A DNA stretch of 64,000 nucleotides from Octopus sinensis (taxonomy: Eukaryota). A program made the translations under genes and the position numbers. This document shows, in pieces, positions 11,999-25,900 of the stretch. Under the pieces are notes generated by a model that worked only from the letters and a program-made list of their open reading frames with translations, was not told where the DNA came from and made no database searches. Within the stretch, counting starts at the first letter, position 1, and every line of letters starts with the position of its first letter. The DNA is taken from contig NC_042999.1 of NCBI RefSeq assembly GCF_006345805.1, positions 52,204,001 through 52,268,000 on the forward strand, read 5' to 3'.

Positions 11999-13379
11999 TC
12001 ACACACACACACGCACACACACATACACACACATGAACATATATAGAGACGAGCCACATTTAGCATAAAAAATGCAAATTCTCCACTTACGGTCAAACAT
12101 TCAATTTTGGAAAGAATCCCATGATGAAGCGTGTAAGTGTGTTTGTACGTGTGTGTGTTTGTATGTGAGTGCGTGAGTGCGTGTGTGGGACTGAAAGATA
12201 AATTCTAATTTACAGTAAATTTATCATCATTTTGGGCGCCATTTATCTTGTCCGCTATGTTAACTTTGAGTGAAATACTCGGCTCAGTGGTAGCAGCATC
12301 ACAGAGAGATAGCGACATGTGTACTGCATATGGCAACTGCAATATACAATAACTTCGGTATAATTATATTGTAGCTAGTCAAATAAAGTAAGTAATAACA
12401 TACCAGGCGATCTACTCTTATATAATAAAATTCCTTATATGTAAAGCTGGTCTTGCTGACAAGTAGTAAAATTGTGTTGACATTATGAAAGTTCTGACTG
12501 TAAGTTTATAGAAATAAATACATTTATGTACCACAAACATAATAAATGACAAACTCACCGCTTCGGTAACAACTTCTTTTCATTATTTTCATATCCACCA
12601 CAACGAATAGCTTTCAATCTACCTTGACATTACAAACACATTGCAATTCTCTTAATGGCTCTTAGAGAATTTCCTTCCGGCTTTTTTTTTCTTTTTATCT
12701 TTGTTGGATCTAGAGAATGGAGTAATATTCAGGACGATCACAGCTTCTAGGTAAGTGGAACTGATGTCGTTAATAATCCTCTTCAACCTTTGGAAGTCAA
12801 CAGCTACTGGACAGACAGGAGCAAGATGGGAGTACTGGCGGTCCGACGTTATTGGAAGAGAAGACTAGCCATAGTGATTAATGCTTCTTTGGAAGGATTG
12901 GACACAACAAGGGTGACGGGTGGAGGACAAAGGGGTGGTCTGGTTAGGAATACCTGACTGAAAATGGCAAGACATCAACCAGCTTCTAAGAGCAGAAAAA
13001 ATAGCGGTAGAAAAGTAACTCTTTTTATGGACATGATATGAGGGCATCACTCTACTTGGTTTTCACCAGAGCATTGTAGAATATCAATAACTGTTGAGGT
13101 CGCAGTATCTCCGGGTCCTGAAGAGAGGGGAAAATGTTGCAATCCGGTCGTAGCTTGAGCATATGCAACCCTAACTCAACTACATATTTACAAACATCGG
13201 GGATTGTCTTAACACAAAAAGTATAGTCGCTTTCTTAGCAACCTGGTTAAAGCCTCTCAGGAAGAATCTAAACATCATACTTAATGTAATGATGGCATAT
13301 GGTAGCCAATAACCGTATAGAAGCTTTGAAATGTACGTTATTAGGTTATTACTGCGGCGGTGTTAAATAAACAATATTG

Positions 13380-13545
13380 ACAACATACATACATACATAC
13401 ATACATACATACATACATACATACATACATACATACATACATACATACATACATACGTACGTACGTACGTACATACATACATGCATATATACACACACAC
13501 ATACATACATACATATATACGTACATACGTACGTACGTACATATA
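13380..13545. repeat. (ATAC)n/(GTAC)n microsatellite
   Basis: Directly visible. Confidence 0.95.
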
Positions 13546-13929
13546 TGGCGATTGTTCCAGCTTCTCAGATGATAACAATCTCATTGTACTTCCTCGTTGT
13601 CAGTGATATTTCTTATTTTCCGTTCATTTCTTCACTGATGGTTATCCAGTCCTGCTTCAGGCTTTGAGAACCAGGTGACATACGAAAGTTGCAAATTTCA
13701 ACTGGTTAGGACTACATACGTCGCTATAGGACTTCCAACACACAGAAGGACAAATGAGGTCACTACAAAGTGTGATCGTTGGATAATGGTGATAAGCGCT
13801 TGTACAATACGACCACTACTCGCTGAGTATCCGTGATTAGTATCTAGTGAAAGGCCGGAGTGGAATGACCAAAAATCACACCAAACCGCAGAATTCACAT
13901 CATTGCTTCTACATACATACGTACATACA

Positions 13930-14250
13930 TCTTTTATCTTTTACCTGTTCCAGTCATTAAATTGCGGCCTTGTCGGGGTACCACCTTGAATGTTTAGTCG
14001 AATGAATCGACCCCAGTACTTATTTTAGCCAAGTACTTTGTATGTTGCTTCCTGTTACCGAACCGCTATTTTACGCGGACGTAAACACAAGCACAAAGAC
14101 ACACACACTCACATATGTATCTATAACGGGTTTCTTTCTGATCGGCCCGAGGCTATAGTAGAAGATACTTATCCATGTTGCCACGTATTGGGACTGAACT
14201 TGGAGCCATCTGGTTGGCAAGCAAGCTTCTTACCACGCAGCCACACCTAC
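13930..14250 (-). mobile_element. tRNA-derived SINE family B
   Basis: The reverse complement of the right end, ggtgtggctgcgtggtaagaagcttgcttgccaacc..agttcagtccc, is a tRNA-like A/B-box head; the body matches 3135-3325. Confidence 0.7.
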
Positions 14251-14759
14251 GTCATCTCTGAGAATGAGTCAATAAGTTGTGAAACTGTACGTCAGATACA
14301 TTAGGGCAGTCTCCCCCACAACAATATTCTGTACACCAACAACAGACAAAATACGATGTCGTTATTTCTCTCGTAGCTGGGGTTTGATATTTAGGTTAAT
14401 TTTAGTTCTGATTTCTCTTGTGCTCTGCATCAAATGTATATTGTTTGATTAACAACGAACCGACAAATATGCGCCTGTGTCCTAGATATGCTATATATGA
14501 ATGTGTGTATATATTCCAATGCATGTATACAGTACGTATGAAAGTATGTAGAGAATATAAGAACGCGTGTATATGGTTCATATAAATGTGTTAACATGGC
14601 ATGTATAGATGAGTGTATATACTACCAAGATATGTATGTATACGGTACATATGAATGGTATGTAATACATATATTTTACCAGTATAAAATTTCACAAGGA
14701 GGTTAAAATCTCTGGTCATAATAAGGGATTAAATCATCCATTCATAACGTGAGCTGTGG

Positions 14760-16450
14760 TCACTTTATTTTAGAAGTAACAGTCACATGGACGTGTTAAC
14801 CAATGTTATGATCATCTCATTCAGGTTATTGATAACTCTGATATGAATACGATGGGTAAACGAAGAAATTGAGAGACAACCCAATAAATTGTCATTGGAA
14901 AATAGCTGTACTCTCAAACTCATATCACCACAGTAAATAAATATGGAAAATTCTCTATAATAACATAAGCAACCATAAACCTAGAACCAAGTTCAAATAC
15001 GAGTCGAGAACCACCAAGTTCTTTCTTGGCAACAAACTATTCAAAAACTTTGAAGACGATCTGATTTATTAGAATATCATGTACATCAACAAATTAAGTA
15101 TATATCAGTGAGGACTAAAAAGAGAACTTACTTAACTGAAGAGCTCAAAAAAGGTCCATATATATAATGTTAGGCAAAAAAACTAACATGTTCAAAATCG
15201 AGCTCATCACTCACCACAAAGTGTTACTGAACTTCGTGCTAAACGCATACAAATGTCCACTGCTCATTCTACAGATAGAAATTAGCAGCGGAATTAGACG
15301 TGGAAGAGGAAGTGGGTATTTTTCTTAGACATAAAAGCATTAATAATCACATTGAAGATTCGCAAACCTACCCTTCCCACGTAACCAATTCAACGGAAAC
15401 CACAACAAGGAGGCAACAACCAAGTAACATTATGAAAAGATAAAGATGCCCTCATCAAAGGGTTTAGATCAATAAAACAAGCAGGCAGAAATCAATCATT
15501 CACCCAGTTTGATACTGACATCCGAAAAGAACTCCCCGTTAAAACAGTGGTCACGCTAATCAGTTCAGCAACATTTCGAAAAAAAAAAGAAAAAAAAAAT
15601 TCTCCGCACCAAAAAATATCTTATTAAACGTCAGAAAAGCTATCGAACCCTTTGATGAGAAAAGGGGAGCTTGCCACTCCGTAGAAATAAATTATGTTTG
15701 TTAAACTATTACTATTACCCACAATGCACACTAAACTCTTATTCAATAAAGGGGTCTTTAGAGGAGTGATAACACTCTCATCACTGAAGACATGAATTAG
15801 AGAGACGCAGGCAAAATATATTTCAAATTTCTACTAAATGAACCTGGTCTGAAATTTTCCATGAATACCAACTCAATATAGGCAAATCTCAACAACTTCA
15901 AGTACGCATCATACAAAAATCTCTGATGAAGTAACCTTAATACGCACTCATATCCACCTAGAATTCCGCTTCTAAGATTAAAAAAAAAACTACCAGAATA
16001 CATCTCATTAGACTCTCCAAACTTCCGCAAAATAAAACATGCTTCACTACAAATCGATACTCACCCAACGTCAGTAAATTCTCTTCTTCGAATGGACAAT
16101 GTATCGGTTTAACCACTAATAAGTTTAATATGCGCCTTAACTAACATTTAAAAACACTTAGAATTCTCAACCGAAGATCAAACATATAACTGGTGAAGCA
16201 CATCTGGCACCTATACGAATATGAGATCCTCACGCTCTGCTACCTGACTATCCAGACAAAGTAAGACATGGAAACCGTGATGGATATTCTGCTCCACCCG
16301 AAAAGCAATAAAAACCTACAAAATTCTTCGATGCCGTACACAGAAGAAAGCATCGGAAAGTTCAGTGCAAGAGAATTGCTGATACTCCAATATCCGATCA
16401 AGTAACAGAGTACAACAGGGTTATACAGGGCTGGGAGAAACTGCGGCGAT
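14760..16450 (+). pseudogene. Highly decayed Penelope-like element ORF (RT + GIY-YIG endonuclease)
   Basis: Motif remnants in the expected order: IITLKIRK (about 15345), FTQFDTDI (about 15500), FDEKRGACHSVE (about 15652), GLKFSMN (about 15846), GQCIGLTTNKFNMRLN*H (about 16092), HIWHL (about 16199); many stops and frameshifts. Confidence 0.65.
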
Positions 16451-16549
16451 ACTAGAGTCAGTGTTTTGTTTGGTGGCGTGCAATGTTAGTGGTTTTGGTG
16501 GTGTGGGGTGTTATTGTTGTTGCGGTGTAACGTGCGGAAAACGTGAACG

Positions 16550-16573
16550 CAGTAGTAGTAGTAGTAATAGTAA

Positions 16574-16615
<42 letters not shown>
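16550..16615. repeat. (AGT)n microsatellite
   Basis: Directly visible. Confidence 0.95.
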
Positions 16616-17248
16616 GATGAATAACGATGCATGGTTCTGTGTGAATGTTCAGAACATGACAAAATCTTAGATACATCTGACAAGGCAGGTCTTTAGAAGA
16701 CACAGAATAAATAAGCCCTGAGATCAACATGTTCTATGGAAGATATTTATTCTCAGTAGCCTCAGTTACTGGCTCCAGCCGTGGCCAACGAAAACTGCCT
16801 GCCTCAAAACTCAACGACAGCAAATCCAATCTCTTGCCAGTTGGTATCAAATATAGAAGTTTCTGGAAGTGGTTTAAATCTTCGAGGTTATATTTCCTTT
16901 AACAAGAACGATATCCAATTATCTATAATTAGAGCGTCACCATCCTTAGGAAATGTAAATTATAGACATTCACAGATTTGGAGTCACTAATTGACAATGT
17001 CTTGTCACAGACTGGGAGACAAGAATCCACGGGTCTTCAATACATCCGGGGTGGATACGAAAATTTTCAAACTAGTTTAGGACGAGCTGTTGTTTACAAT
17101 CCCTCAATCGTAGGGGGCGGGGGGCAAACAATCCTGATCGAAAGGCTGTCATTGGTTCCGCCACTTACAACTACCACCACCACCACCACCACCACTCCAA
17201 ATTTCCCACTCCCACCCCACCAACATCATTGTAACCAGCAGCAGCAGT

Positions 17249-17635
17249 GGAGGCGCAATGGCCCAGTGATTAGGGCAGCGGACTCGCGGTCGGAGGGTCG
17301 CGGTTTCGATTCCCAGACCGGGCGTTGTGTGTATTTATTGAGCGAAAACACCAAAAGCTCCACGAGGCTCTGGCAGGGGGTGATGACGACCCCTGTTGTA
17401 CTCTTTCGCTGCAACTTTCTCTCACTCTTTCTTCCTGTTTCTTGTCCCCGACTTCCTACGCAACCGCTGAGCCTGGATGCGCATTCATCCATCCGTCGAT
17501 GCTCTCGGTGTCGGGGGTTGACCTGCTTTCTCTTCTGCGGGTCTTACGAATAGCAAAGGACCACGATTCGAACTTCTCCCACTGCGATCTCTGGGACGAA
17601 GACCGCTTCACTCAACAGCAACAGCAGCAGCAGCA
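17249..17635 (+). mobile_element. tRNA(Arg)-like-derived SINE family C with (CAG/CAA)n tail
   Basis: Head ggaggcgcaatggcccagtgattagggcagcggactcgcggtcggagggtcgcggtttcgattccc has A and B boxes; second copy at 51257-51659. Confidence 0.85.
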
Positions 17636-17812
17636 CAAGTACTATCCCAACCACTAAACACCACCATCAGCGCTACACATCTACCACGTACCACGGCCAT
17701 CACAATCATCATCACCATCACCAGTACATACAAGTACCACTTCCTCCACCATCTCTACACCACTAGTATTCAGCGTCACCACTCACACTACCGACGCAAC
17801 CAAATAACACCA

Positions 17813-17965
17813 CCTTACAACCGGCGCCGCGGCCACCGTCACCACCACCACCCTACAACCGGCGCCGCGGCCACCGTCACCATCACCACCCTACAACCGG
17901 CGCCGCGGCCACCGTCACCACCACCACCACCACACCCTACAACCAGCGCCGCGGCCACCGAAACC
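17813..17965 (+). repeat. GC-rich ~38-bp minisatellite (4 units)
   Basis: ctacaaccggcgccgcggccaccgtcacc.. recurs with its core starting at 17821, 17859, 17897 and 17943. Confidence 0.9.
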
Positions 17966-18274
17966 ACCACCACCACCACCACTACCACCACCACAACCAC
18001 CACCACCACCACCAACACCAGCACTGTGTAGTAGTTCCGTTAAAATGCCAGTAAGAAACAGTAGCAATGAAGCTAAATGTTGTGGTTGACTGTGATGGAG
18101 ATAGTCATCTCTCTCTCTTAACGTTACTATGGAAACGCTCTCATGGAGAAAAGGGGGGAGAGAGAGAGAGGATGAACAGAGTGTGGGGTGGGGGTAGAAC
18201 AAAAATGAGAGGCAGAATAAACAAGATAGAGGCATCGACATGTACACATCAATCTATGGGAGGCTGGTGTGGTG

Positions 18275-18279
<5 letters not shown>

Positions 18280-18308
<29 letters not shown>

Positions 18309-18396
18309 CACATACATATATACGCATATTTATACACACGTGTATAAATACACAGACTACTATATACATACAACTATACGTACGTGTGGTGTGTGG

Positions 18397-18441
<45 letters not shown>

Positions 18442-18587
18442 CAAAGCACTCACGTATAAGCATATGCTAAAATCATGCATGTGTATGCATGCATGTATGC
18501 GCGTATGTAGTTTTCTTTTAGTATGCATGTACGTACGGACGGACAGACGTATATATATATATATAAATATGTTTGTATGTATGTATG

Positions 18588-18618
<31 letters not shown>

Positions 18619-18740
18619 TGTATGTATGTATGAATGTATGCATGTATGCATGTATGTAAACATATCTCTCTATATGCATTGCATGCATACATACATACAT
18701 AAATACATACATACATACATATGTGTATATGCGCGCTAAG
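18280..18740. repeat. Mixed (TA)n/(TATG)n microsatellite region
   Basis: Directly visible. Confidence 0.9.
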
Positions 18741-19530
18741 CGAACACACACACGCACACACACTCACACACAGTAATATAGTTAAAACAAGTGAATGTGA
18801 GAGGGAGGGAGACGCCTAGGTGGAATGGTTGAAAGATGTGCGACAAAGATCAAAGGAATGTGCGAATGACATAAATAAAAGAACGCTGTGTGTTCTATTA
18901 CCATATATGGATGTGTCATTACGAAGGGTAAACTGTAAAATATCTGGTAATACCATAAGTTAATTGATTCTGTGATAGAATCGGTCAAGGTTTTACTAAG
19001 TATGAGGTCATTGCAATGTCAGCTGAGTCACAGAAGGTTTCCGCTTACATGTATTCGAGGAAATAAAGCCCTCGTATAATTGTTAGTCATAACACTGATT
19101 GGAGAAGGATCAGAGGAGGTTTCACATTTAAATAATTTCGAGGTGAAAAGTAAACAAATATTCTTTTTTTTTATATATTTAATTTTTTGCTAGAAATTTA
19201 GAAAAAAATTATAAAAGATATTCAGGATACACGACCAGATACTGCAACAGTTTGGTTTTCAAGGATCCACAACTCTTGAATGTCCTCTCAAAATGCCTGA
19301 GAGACCTACATGGTATGGATGTAAGTATAATCAAAACAAAACTGGATCTATTCCTGTCGTGAGTTCTGAATGAATCTCCCCCACGACAGGAAATTCATTA
19401 AATGCCACACATGAGAGGTTTCAAGTAGCGAATATGTACTAAAGCTAACAGCAGTGACCTTGCAAGTAGAATTCTTTAAGAACTGCCTTCACCTGCATTT
19501 GAACCCTTTCAAACACCTATTTCTTTACTA

Positions 19531-19749
19531 CCCACAAGGGGCTAAAAACAGAGGGAACAAACAAGGACAGACAAACGGAATAAATCGATTACATCGACCC
19601 CAGTGCGTAACTGGTACTTAATTTATCGATCCCGAAAGGATGAAAGTCAAAGTCGACCTCGGCGGAATTTGAACTCAGAACGTAATGGCAGACGAAATAC
19701 GGCTACGCATTTCGCCCGGCGTGCTAACGTTTCTGCCAGCTCGCCGCCT
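19531..19749 (-). mobile_element. tRNA-derived SINE family A, near full length
   Basis: Reverse complement begins aggcggcgagctggcagaaacgttagc..gagttcaaattcc (A/B boxes), followed by the conserved core. Confidence 0.85.
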
Positions 19750-22700
19750 TATCCCTTTCAAACACCGTCACTTTATTGCTTTCAGTGAGTGCAATGAGAG
19801 ACTATTGACATTGCAGAGCTTATCTTTGACGCAGTCAATGCATACAATTATAGCTAAGAGATGGTGAAATTTGCGTTTGTCTGAGAAACATTAGCCTGAA
19901 CCATGTCCACAACAACAAAGAACAGGAATGTAGAGCTAACATTAACTTACAGACAACATAGAATTTCCCTGACAACGAAAAATGCCGTCGCATACTAGAT
20001 AACGAGTGAACATCTTGTCAGTTACTTCAACAACTAAGAATTTTCTGATGATTACTATACATAATTGCTTGGAAAGTAGCTTGAAATGAGTGTATGACAA
20101 TAGTTACAGACATGCACACACCCTGCTATAGTCACCTACACCATACCATTCTCTAGCGGTGCGTAGTGTGTTTCATAGTGTCGCACAACACCCTACTGTG
20201 TAACATTTTCGACCTTATATATTCATCCATAGTAATAATAAACTAATCTCCGTTGCCGGTTTTCTATCAACCGACCTATTTACAGATTGAATTATAATAT
20301 AAAGGAAAGAAAAGCCTACGGAAAAGACCACGGTAACATCATACTCCCATCACATAACAATATGGTACAATTATTTCACCTCAATTAGCCCCGCTCTCTT
20401 TAACATTACACCAAAAACACATTAAAGCAGAGACTGAACCCACAAAGTTCAAGAAGTCTTTGAACAAATTCCTTCAAAAAATTCCGAACAAGCTTCCTAC
20501 ACCCGGATATGTTCCTCTAAACAATAACGCTCTCATCGAGTGGGCTATGTTGTTCGATTTCTGGAGTCCTTAATGCAATACGCAACCAACTTTTAATTAT
20601 AATTATACCACTTAATCTATTATTATAAGGTACAACTGAGAAATGTTTCACAATATTGACATTAGCTTAGCACTTTGTTAACACTAGCAAAACGTCGAAA
20701 GGTATAACGAGAAGCTAGTTCAAAATATGTATTCGGTAAGGCATCAACTATCAACTATCCATGGCTATACGTCAAAGCTACATTAGCCATCAATAATTAC
20801 AACTCGCAGCTCTATTAGCTATCATATTTTTACCTGGTAACTACATACTATAGTTATACCTCGCAGCTAACTTAACAAAATAATTATACCTCACAACTAC
20901 ATTAATTATGAATAATTTTACCTCGTGTACAACATCTCATCTATATTAGTGTATAACACCTCAACTACATCTGTTTATTAGGTGATATAGTTAATATGTC
21001 CCCCAATTCAGCGCGACCGCATGGTCCAGAGAGTCCTGTGTTAGGGTCACTCTGTTGTAAGCATTCTGACCACGACGGACCTATGCTTTGAGAATAACCT
21101 ATACACCACGGTTTTATTCTTTGTCGACTTCCCATCCTCACAGATAATGTAAAGGGTCACAGCAGCAAGTTTATTGATGGAATTCATGTTAATTTGGTTA
21201 AAATGTGAATTGAAAGCGTTTCCTGGTCAAAAGATTTAACTTTGTTCTTGGTTTCTCTGTTAGTTTTATTGAATGGTATCGACTTCTAATTGATTTTGAA
21301 TGTTTGAAAGGCGAAATCAGCTCTGTCGGAATTTGAACCAGGGATGAAGAAGGATAAAAAAAAACACTGAAAAATATATTCAGAAAGAACAAGGCAAGGA
21401 ATCAATAAAATAAAAGAACAATTTGGAAAATACTTCCAAGTATAGAATACTTGGTACTTTAGAATTTCAATAAGGGAAATACTGGAAATATAAAAGATTG
21501 ACGTAATTAATTAGTTGTCTAATTAAAGAATTCAATAAAATATGAAATCAATCGATTTTGTGGTTTCTCTCATCTCCAAACCCATTAATGGGGTGAATAC
21601 TGAGAAATTCCTGGAAGAGAGGAAAAAACATGCTAATGTTGATGATAAAAAGGGATTTGGTTGACATGAATTCTAAGTGAAGGATGTGGGATTATATTTT
21701 TCAGTAGGGTCAATGTGACCCCATCCTCAGTTTAAGTGGGAAATAATGGTCTCGAAATGGTAAGTAAATGAGAAAGCGAAAAGCATTTCTTTTCAGTTGT
21801 ATTGTTTCGAGCTGGGCTGGGTGTGTGCGTATCACGAATACATTCTTGGTTTTCATCTTTAGCAAAAATCAAAATCGATGAAAAATGCATAAGATTAAAT
21901 AGAAGCACAATTCTGTTTGATGTCTTCACTGTTATGTTCGATTTCTTTATAACAGGTGGCACTCTGGGTGTTGGTATGTAGGCATGTTTATGGGAGTGGG
22001 GAGAGGGAGGGAGAAAGAGAGAGAGAGAGAGAGACTGGGAGAAAAAAGAGGGGAAGAAGGGGTGAATTTTTTTCATTTTATCGACGTTTTCTGACCAGTT
22101 AACGTATGATTTTAACAATGTATCCAGCTCTAGTGGCTGGAAATAATTGTTGTTGCTTTTGCTTAATATGTACCATATTAACTCTGATTTGGGTTATCTA
22201 TGATCAACGACCTTCCACTCATGACCAACCTTTTTCTCTAGAGATATCTCGGATTATAATATTCAATGTGGAATTAAGTCGCTTTTGCAATACTTGATTT
22301 GAGAAAGACTTGACTGCTATTTCAGGCGAGCTGTACAGCCATAAGCACACATAAACATGTACACACATGGGCACACATATTTATATATACACAACTAAAT
22401 ATATGCATAGAATATATGGAACTAGAAGGAAAAAAAAATTAGATTTAAGCCAATGGTAGGCAACTGAATTCCAACTCTAAGCTCCAAAGAAATACTAGCA
22501 AATGATTCAAAGTTAAAAATTGAAGCTACAGAAAGCAATAATAACAAAGCAAACTAGAATTATTTAGAAACTCATAAACCACAGGAATTTGGACCTAATG
22601 TGGCTGGACAACTTGGAAGTTGTTGTTGTTGTTGTTGTTACCGTCGTTGAAGCTCCAGGTTAGACCCAAATGACCTGATTTATAGACAAAGGATGTTGCA

Positions 22701-24007
22701 ACTGTGAATATTTGTCTTTCTGTTTATCTAAGACTCTCCAATGTCTTGTTCATCTTTTTTTTAAAACGATCGGACGTGACCTGATGTAATATAGATACTG
22801 TACTATTTCTAGTTGGTGAAACAACCTCACAGAGGCATTGTCATTGGCTCGCACCTTGGACAGTGTAACCCATGGCTTGATTATCAAAAAGTTACAATGA
22901 ACCCAACTACTACAGCCACCGGCAGCTGCTGGTCAGATTTAACCAAAACATGTTATAGCATTTCACTTCTTAGAGGTGAGAGGAAACCATTTACATATCA
23001 TATCATAAATTGCTGATGGGCTACAAGAATATCCTCAATTTTTCTTTGTTTAACTTGACGGTGTAAGGGTCAAATATTATACCAAAATCAAACAAGATTC
23101 GTTAACCAGTATTTCATAAACATTGGAAAATAAATTTAGTGAGTTGTCACGAGTATGCTCGTTGGTAAAGCAAGGGAAATATGTACCTTCCTAAGAAAAA
23201 AGGTGTGTTAATGAACATGGTAATTGAGTTGTTTTAGCTAGGCTAGAACTACAGATATACTGAAATTAAAAAGGTGGTTTTTTAAACACTGATTTGCGGT
23301 AATATATTAATAAAAGTCACTTAATATAACAAATTTTAAAATGATTATTCTGTCCGATTAAAGGAAAAAAAGAAAAACGCTATTTAGACATTTATACGTT
23401 TATGTGATTATTGCTCTTGAAAAAAATCCCTGAGGAAATTTGTAAAAGATCGGTTGAGTACGAAATGGGTAATATTTTCTGATCGCCACATATATTAATT
23501 ATAATTTGCAACATAATAAATTACATATATCAATCGATAAAATTTGCGTTGAAGCTGCGGTATCCTTGCCTTTTTTTTTTCAAATCATCTTCATCAAAGC
23601 CGCGTGACCAGACAGGAACTCAAAGTACATGATTTCACACATGCATGTTTTTAGTTAATTGATTGGCGAGGTTATTGAACGGACGTAAGTAACTCTTAGA
23701 AGTGGCTTTATGCAGCCAAAAGCGAGATGTTTAATTTTACGAAGTAGACGTGAATTTCTCTGTTTCCTTTACAATGGGGTTGCTCGTTTCCAATCGGAAA
23801 TTTCATACAACACCAGTAAGATTTTGCCCTTTATATCTTTTGACTTAATCTCTGCTGCTGTCTTTTTCAGCACCTAAATTGATTGATTGATTGATTGATT
23901 GATTAATTGACTAATTAATTGTTTAATTTCTTTCGATTTCTTTTCCCACCCTCTCCTTACTGTATAAAATAGTCAAATGTAAAAATATAATTTCCCTCTT
24001 TCTTACC

Positions 24008-24012
24008 GTATT

Positions 24013-24087
<75 letters not shown>

Positions 24088-24103
24088 ATCTATCTATCTA
24101 TCT
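24008..24103. repeat. (TCTA)n microsatellite
   Basis: Directly visible. Confidence 0.95.
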
Positions 24104-24422
24104 CACACATACACTTCCCACGAACACCCCCACACACACACTTTCTCTCTCTCTCTCACTCTCAGTTGTACACGTGTATTCCCATGTACATGTGAACATG
24201 GGAATATGTACATGTACAGAGAAAAAGACTATAAATATATCCTCAAACATGCAAATATAAATCTTTCTCGCTGTCCCATTCATAGGTATTTTCACTCTTC
24301 GATCTAAACCTTTAATACAACCTTTCCTTTTCTCTCCCACTTGTACCATCGTAGAACAATACAAACTGACATCTCTCTTTCTTTCTATCTATCTATCTCT
24401 TTATCTCTTTACTTATCACTCT

Positions 24423-24424
<2 letters not shown>

Positions 24425-24484
<60 letters not shown>
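24425..24484. repeat. (TC)n microsatellite
   Basis: Directly visible. Confidence 0.95.
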
Positions 24485-24488
<4 letters not shown>

Positions 24489-24528
24489 ATACACTTATCC
24501 CACTTCTGACAAGAATTTATTTTTGAAT

Positions 24529-24650
24529 GGCGGTGCCCCAGCATGGCCACAGCTCGTGAGCTGAAACTAGATAAAATAAATAAAAAAAAATTTAAAAATA
24601 CACGGCGGTGCCCCAGCATGGCCACAGCTCAAGAGCTGAAACTGGAAAAC
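24529..24650 (+). mobile_element. Two tandem copies of a SINE/LINE 3'-tail motif
   Basis: ggcggtgccccagcatggccacagctc(gt/aa)gagctgaaact at 24529 and 24604, each followed by an A-rich tract. Confidence 0.7.
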
Positions 24651-25239
24651 ATAAACATAAACATAAACAGGAAACGGTCGGCTAAAGATGTCTTGAAACT
24701 GGATAAGTGTAGACCTGAAATTATTCCTGAGTGGTTGACGGAGCAATCTCAATAATTTAATAACGGCAGTTCTAAAGAGCAATGGCTATAGAAGGGCCAC
24801 AGTTCAGATAGAGAGGAAGAAACAAGAATTTATCTGCTACCTTGCTCTCATCAGACCTCACATTAGCATCTCTGACACCATCTTTGAACAGAAACGCAAA
24901 AAAGACGACAAGGGTGGAGACATTGATGTGAGTGACAGCTGTTGCACTGAACCTACTGATGAAACCATGAATGAGAGACATGCCAAGAAAAGAGAGACTA
25001 GTATTAATGGCCCTACTACTACCAATGTGATCAACCAAAGGGACGAAAGGCCTAAAAAAAAAAGGAGAAAATATTAAAGGAAAAGTAAATGAAGAAAACA
25101 AGATGAACAAAAGACTCTGATGATGAGACAAAGGAAAAAGAAGAGACAAAGGAAAAAAGGAAAAAAGAAACAGCCGCAAGAAAAGAAACCTGTTAGACTG
25201 CCCATACGCGAAGGTACATATAATTATGGAGCGCATACA

Positions 25240-25900
25240 AGTTTGTAAATTCTATCTTCTAGCGTCCATGAATGGGGACCAGAGTCAAAGGGTTTCTTGT
25301 AGTCTAGCCACAGTGAAACTAGGTCCCTCCTATACTCTCGCAATTCTGACATTACAGTTTTGCTGATTAGCAATTACTCGGCACGTCCCCAGACTCCCTT
25401 CTTCCCAGCTGCTTTTTCTGATGTGATAATGTTATTGGTTTCATAATGATCTTGTAGGAAGAGGTTTAAACATGCTGTATATATCTTATACATAAATTTC
25501 TGGCATGTAATTGGCCGGTAGTTTTTTTGCCATATGGGTGGTTCTGCATTTGGGGATCAATTTTGTCTCTAGCAGAGCTAACCAGTGTGGTATGCTACTG
25601 TTCCCAATGAAAGCTTGCTGATACAGATTGATAAATTATGGTCGGTAGAATGTTAGCTTCTTATATCAATATCCAACAAACATGTCTCTTCCAGGTGCTT
25701 TTTCATCCTGGAGTTTCTGGATTACAGTTGCAAGAGTTTCACCATCAATGTTGTATGTCTTTGATGTAACGCAGGAGCAATAACTTTTTTCGAATTTCTT
25801 CCAGCTACACAGCATCTTGGTTAATTTCCTTCTCTTCACTCCAGATTTTTCCTCCAAAAGCATTCTATGTCTTCTCGTGAAGGAACTTCCGTGATGCTTA
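25240..25900 (-). pseudogene. R4/Dong-like non-LTR reverse transcriptase fragment
   Basis: Minus-strand motifs KAPGRD, AKNYRPITC and VSLWLDYKKPFDSGPHSW. Confidence 0.8.

Noticed and set aside
12690-13160. Possible host exon (GC-richer stretch, polypyrimidine-AG and GTAAGT motifs)
   Set aside because: All three frames after the minus-strand acceptor stop within 25 codons and no protein motif is recognisable
17249-17320. tRNA-Arg gene
   Set aside because: No proper acceptor stem or 3' end; it continues into a SINE body that recurs at 51257-51659
20100-21000. A/C-rich stretch as another PLE fossil
   Set aside because: Composition is suggestive, but no ordered RT or GIY-YIG motifs could be read
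24772-25236. 154-aa hydrophobic ORF or LINE ORF1
   Set aside because: Low-complexity purine-rich strand, stops in the plausible plus frames, no motif
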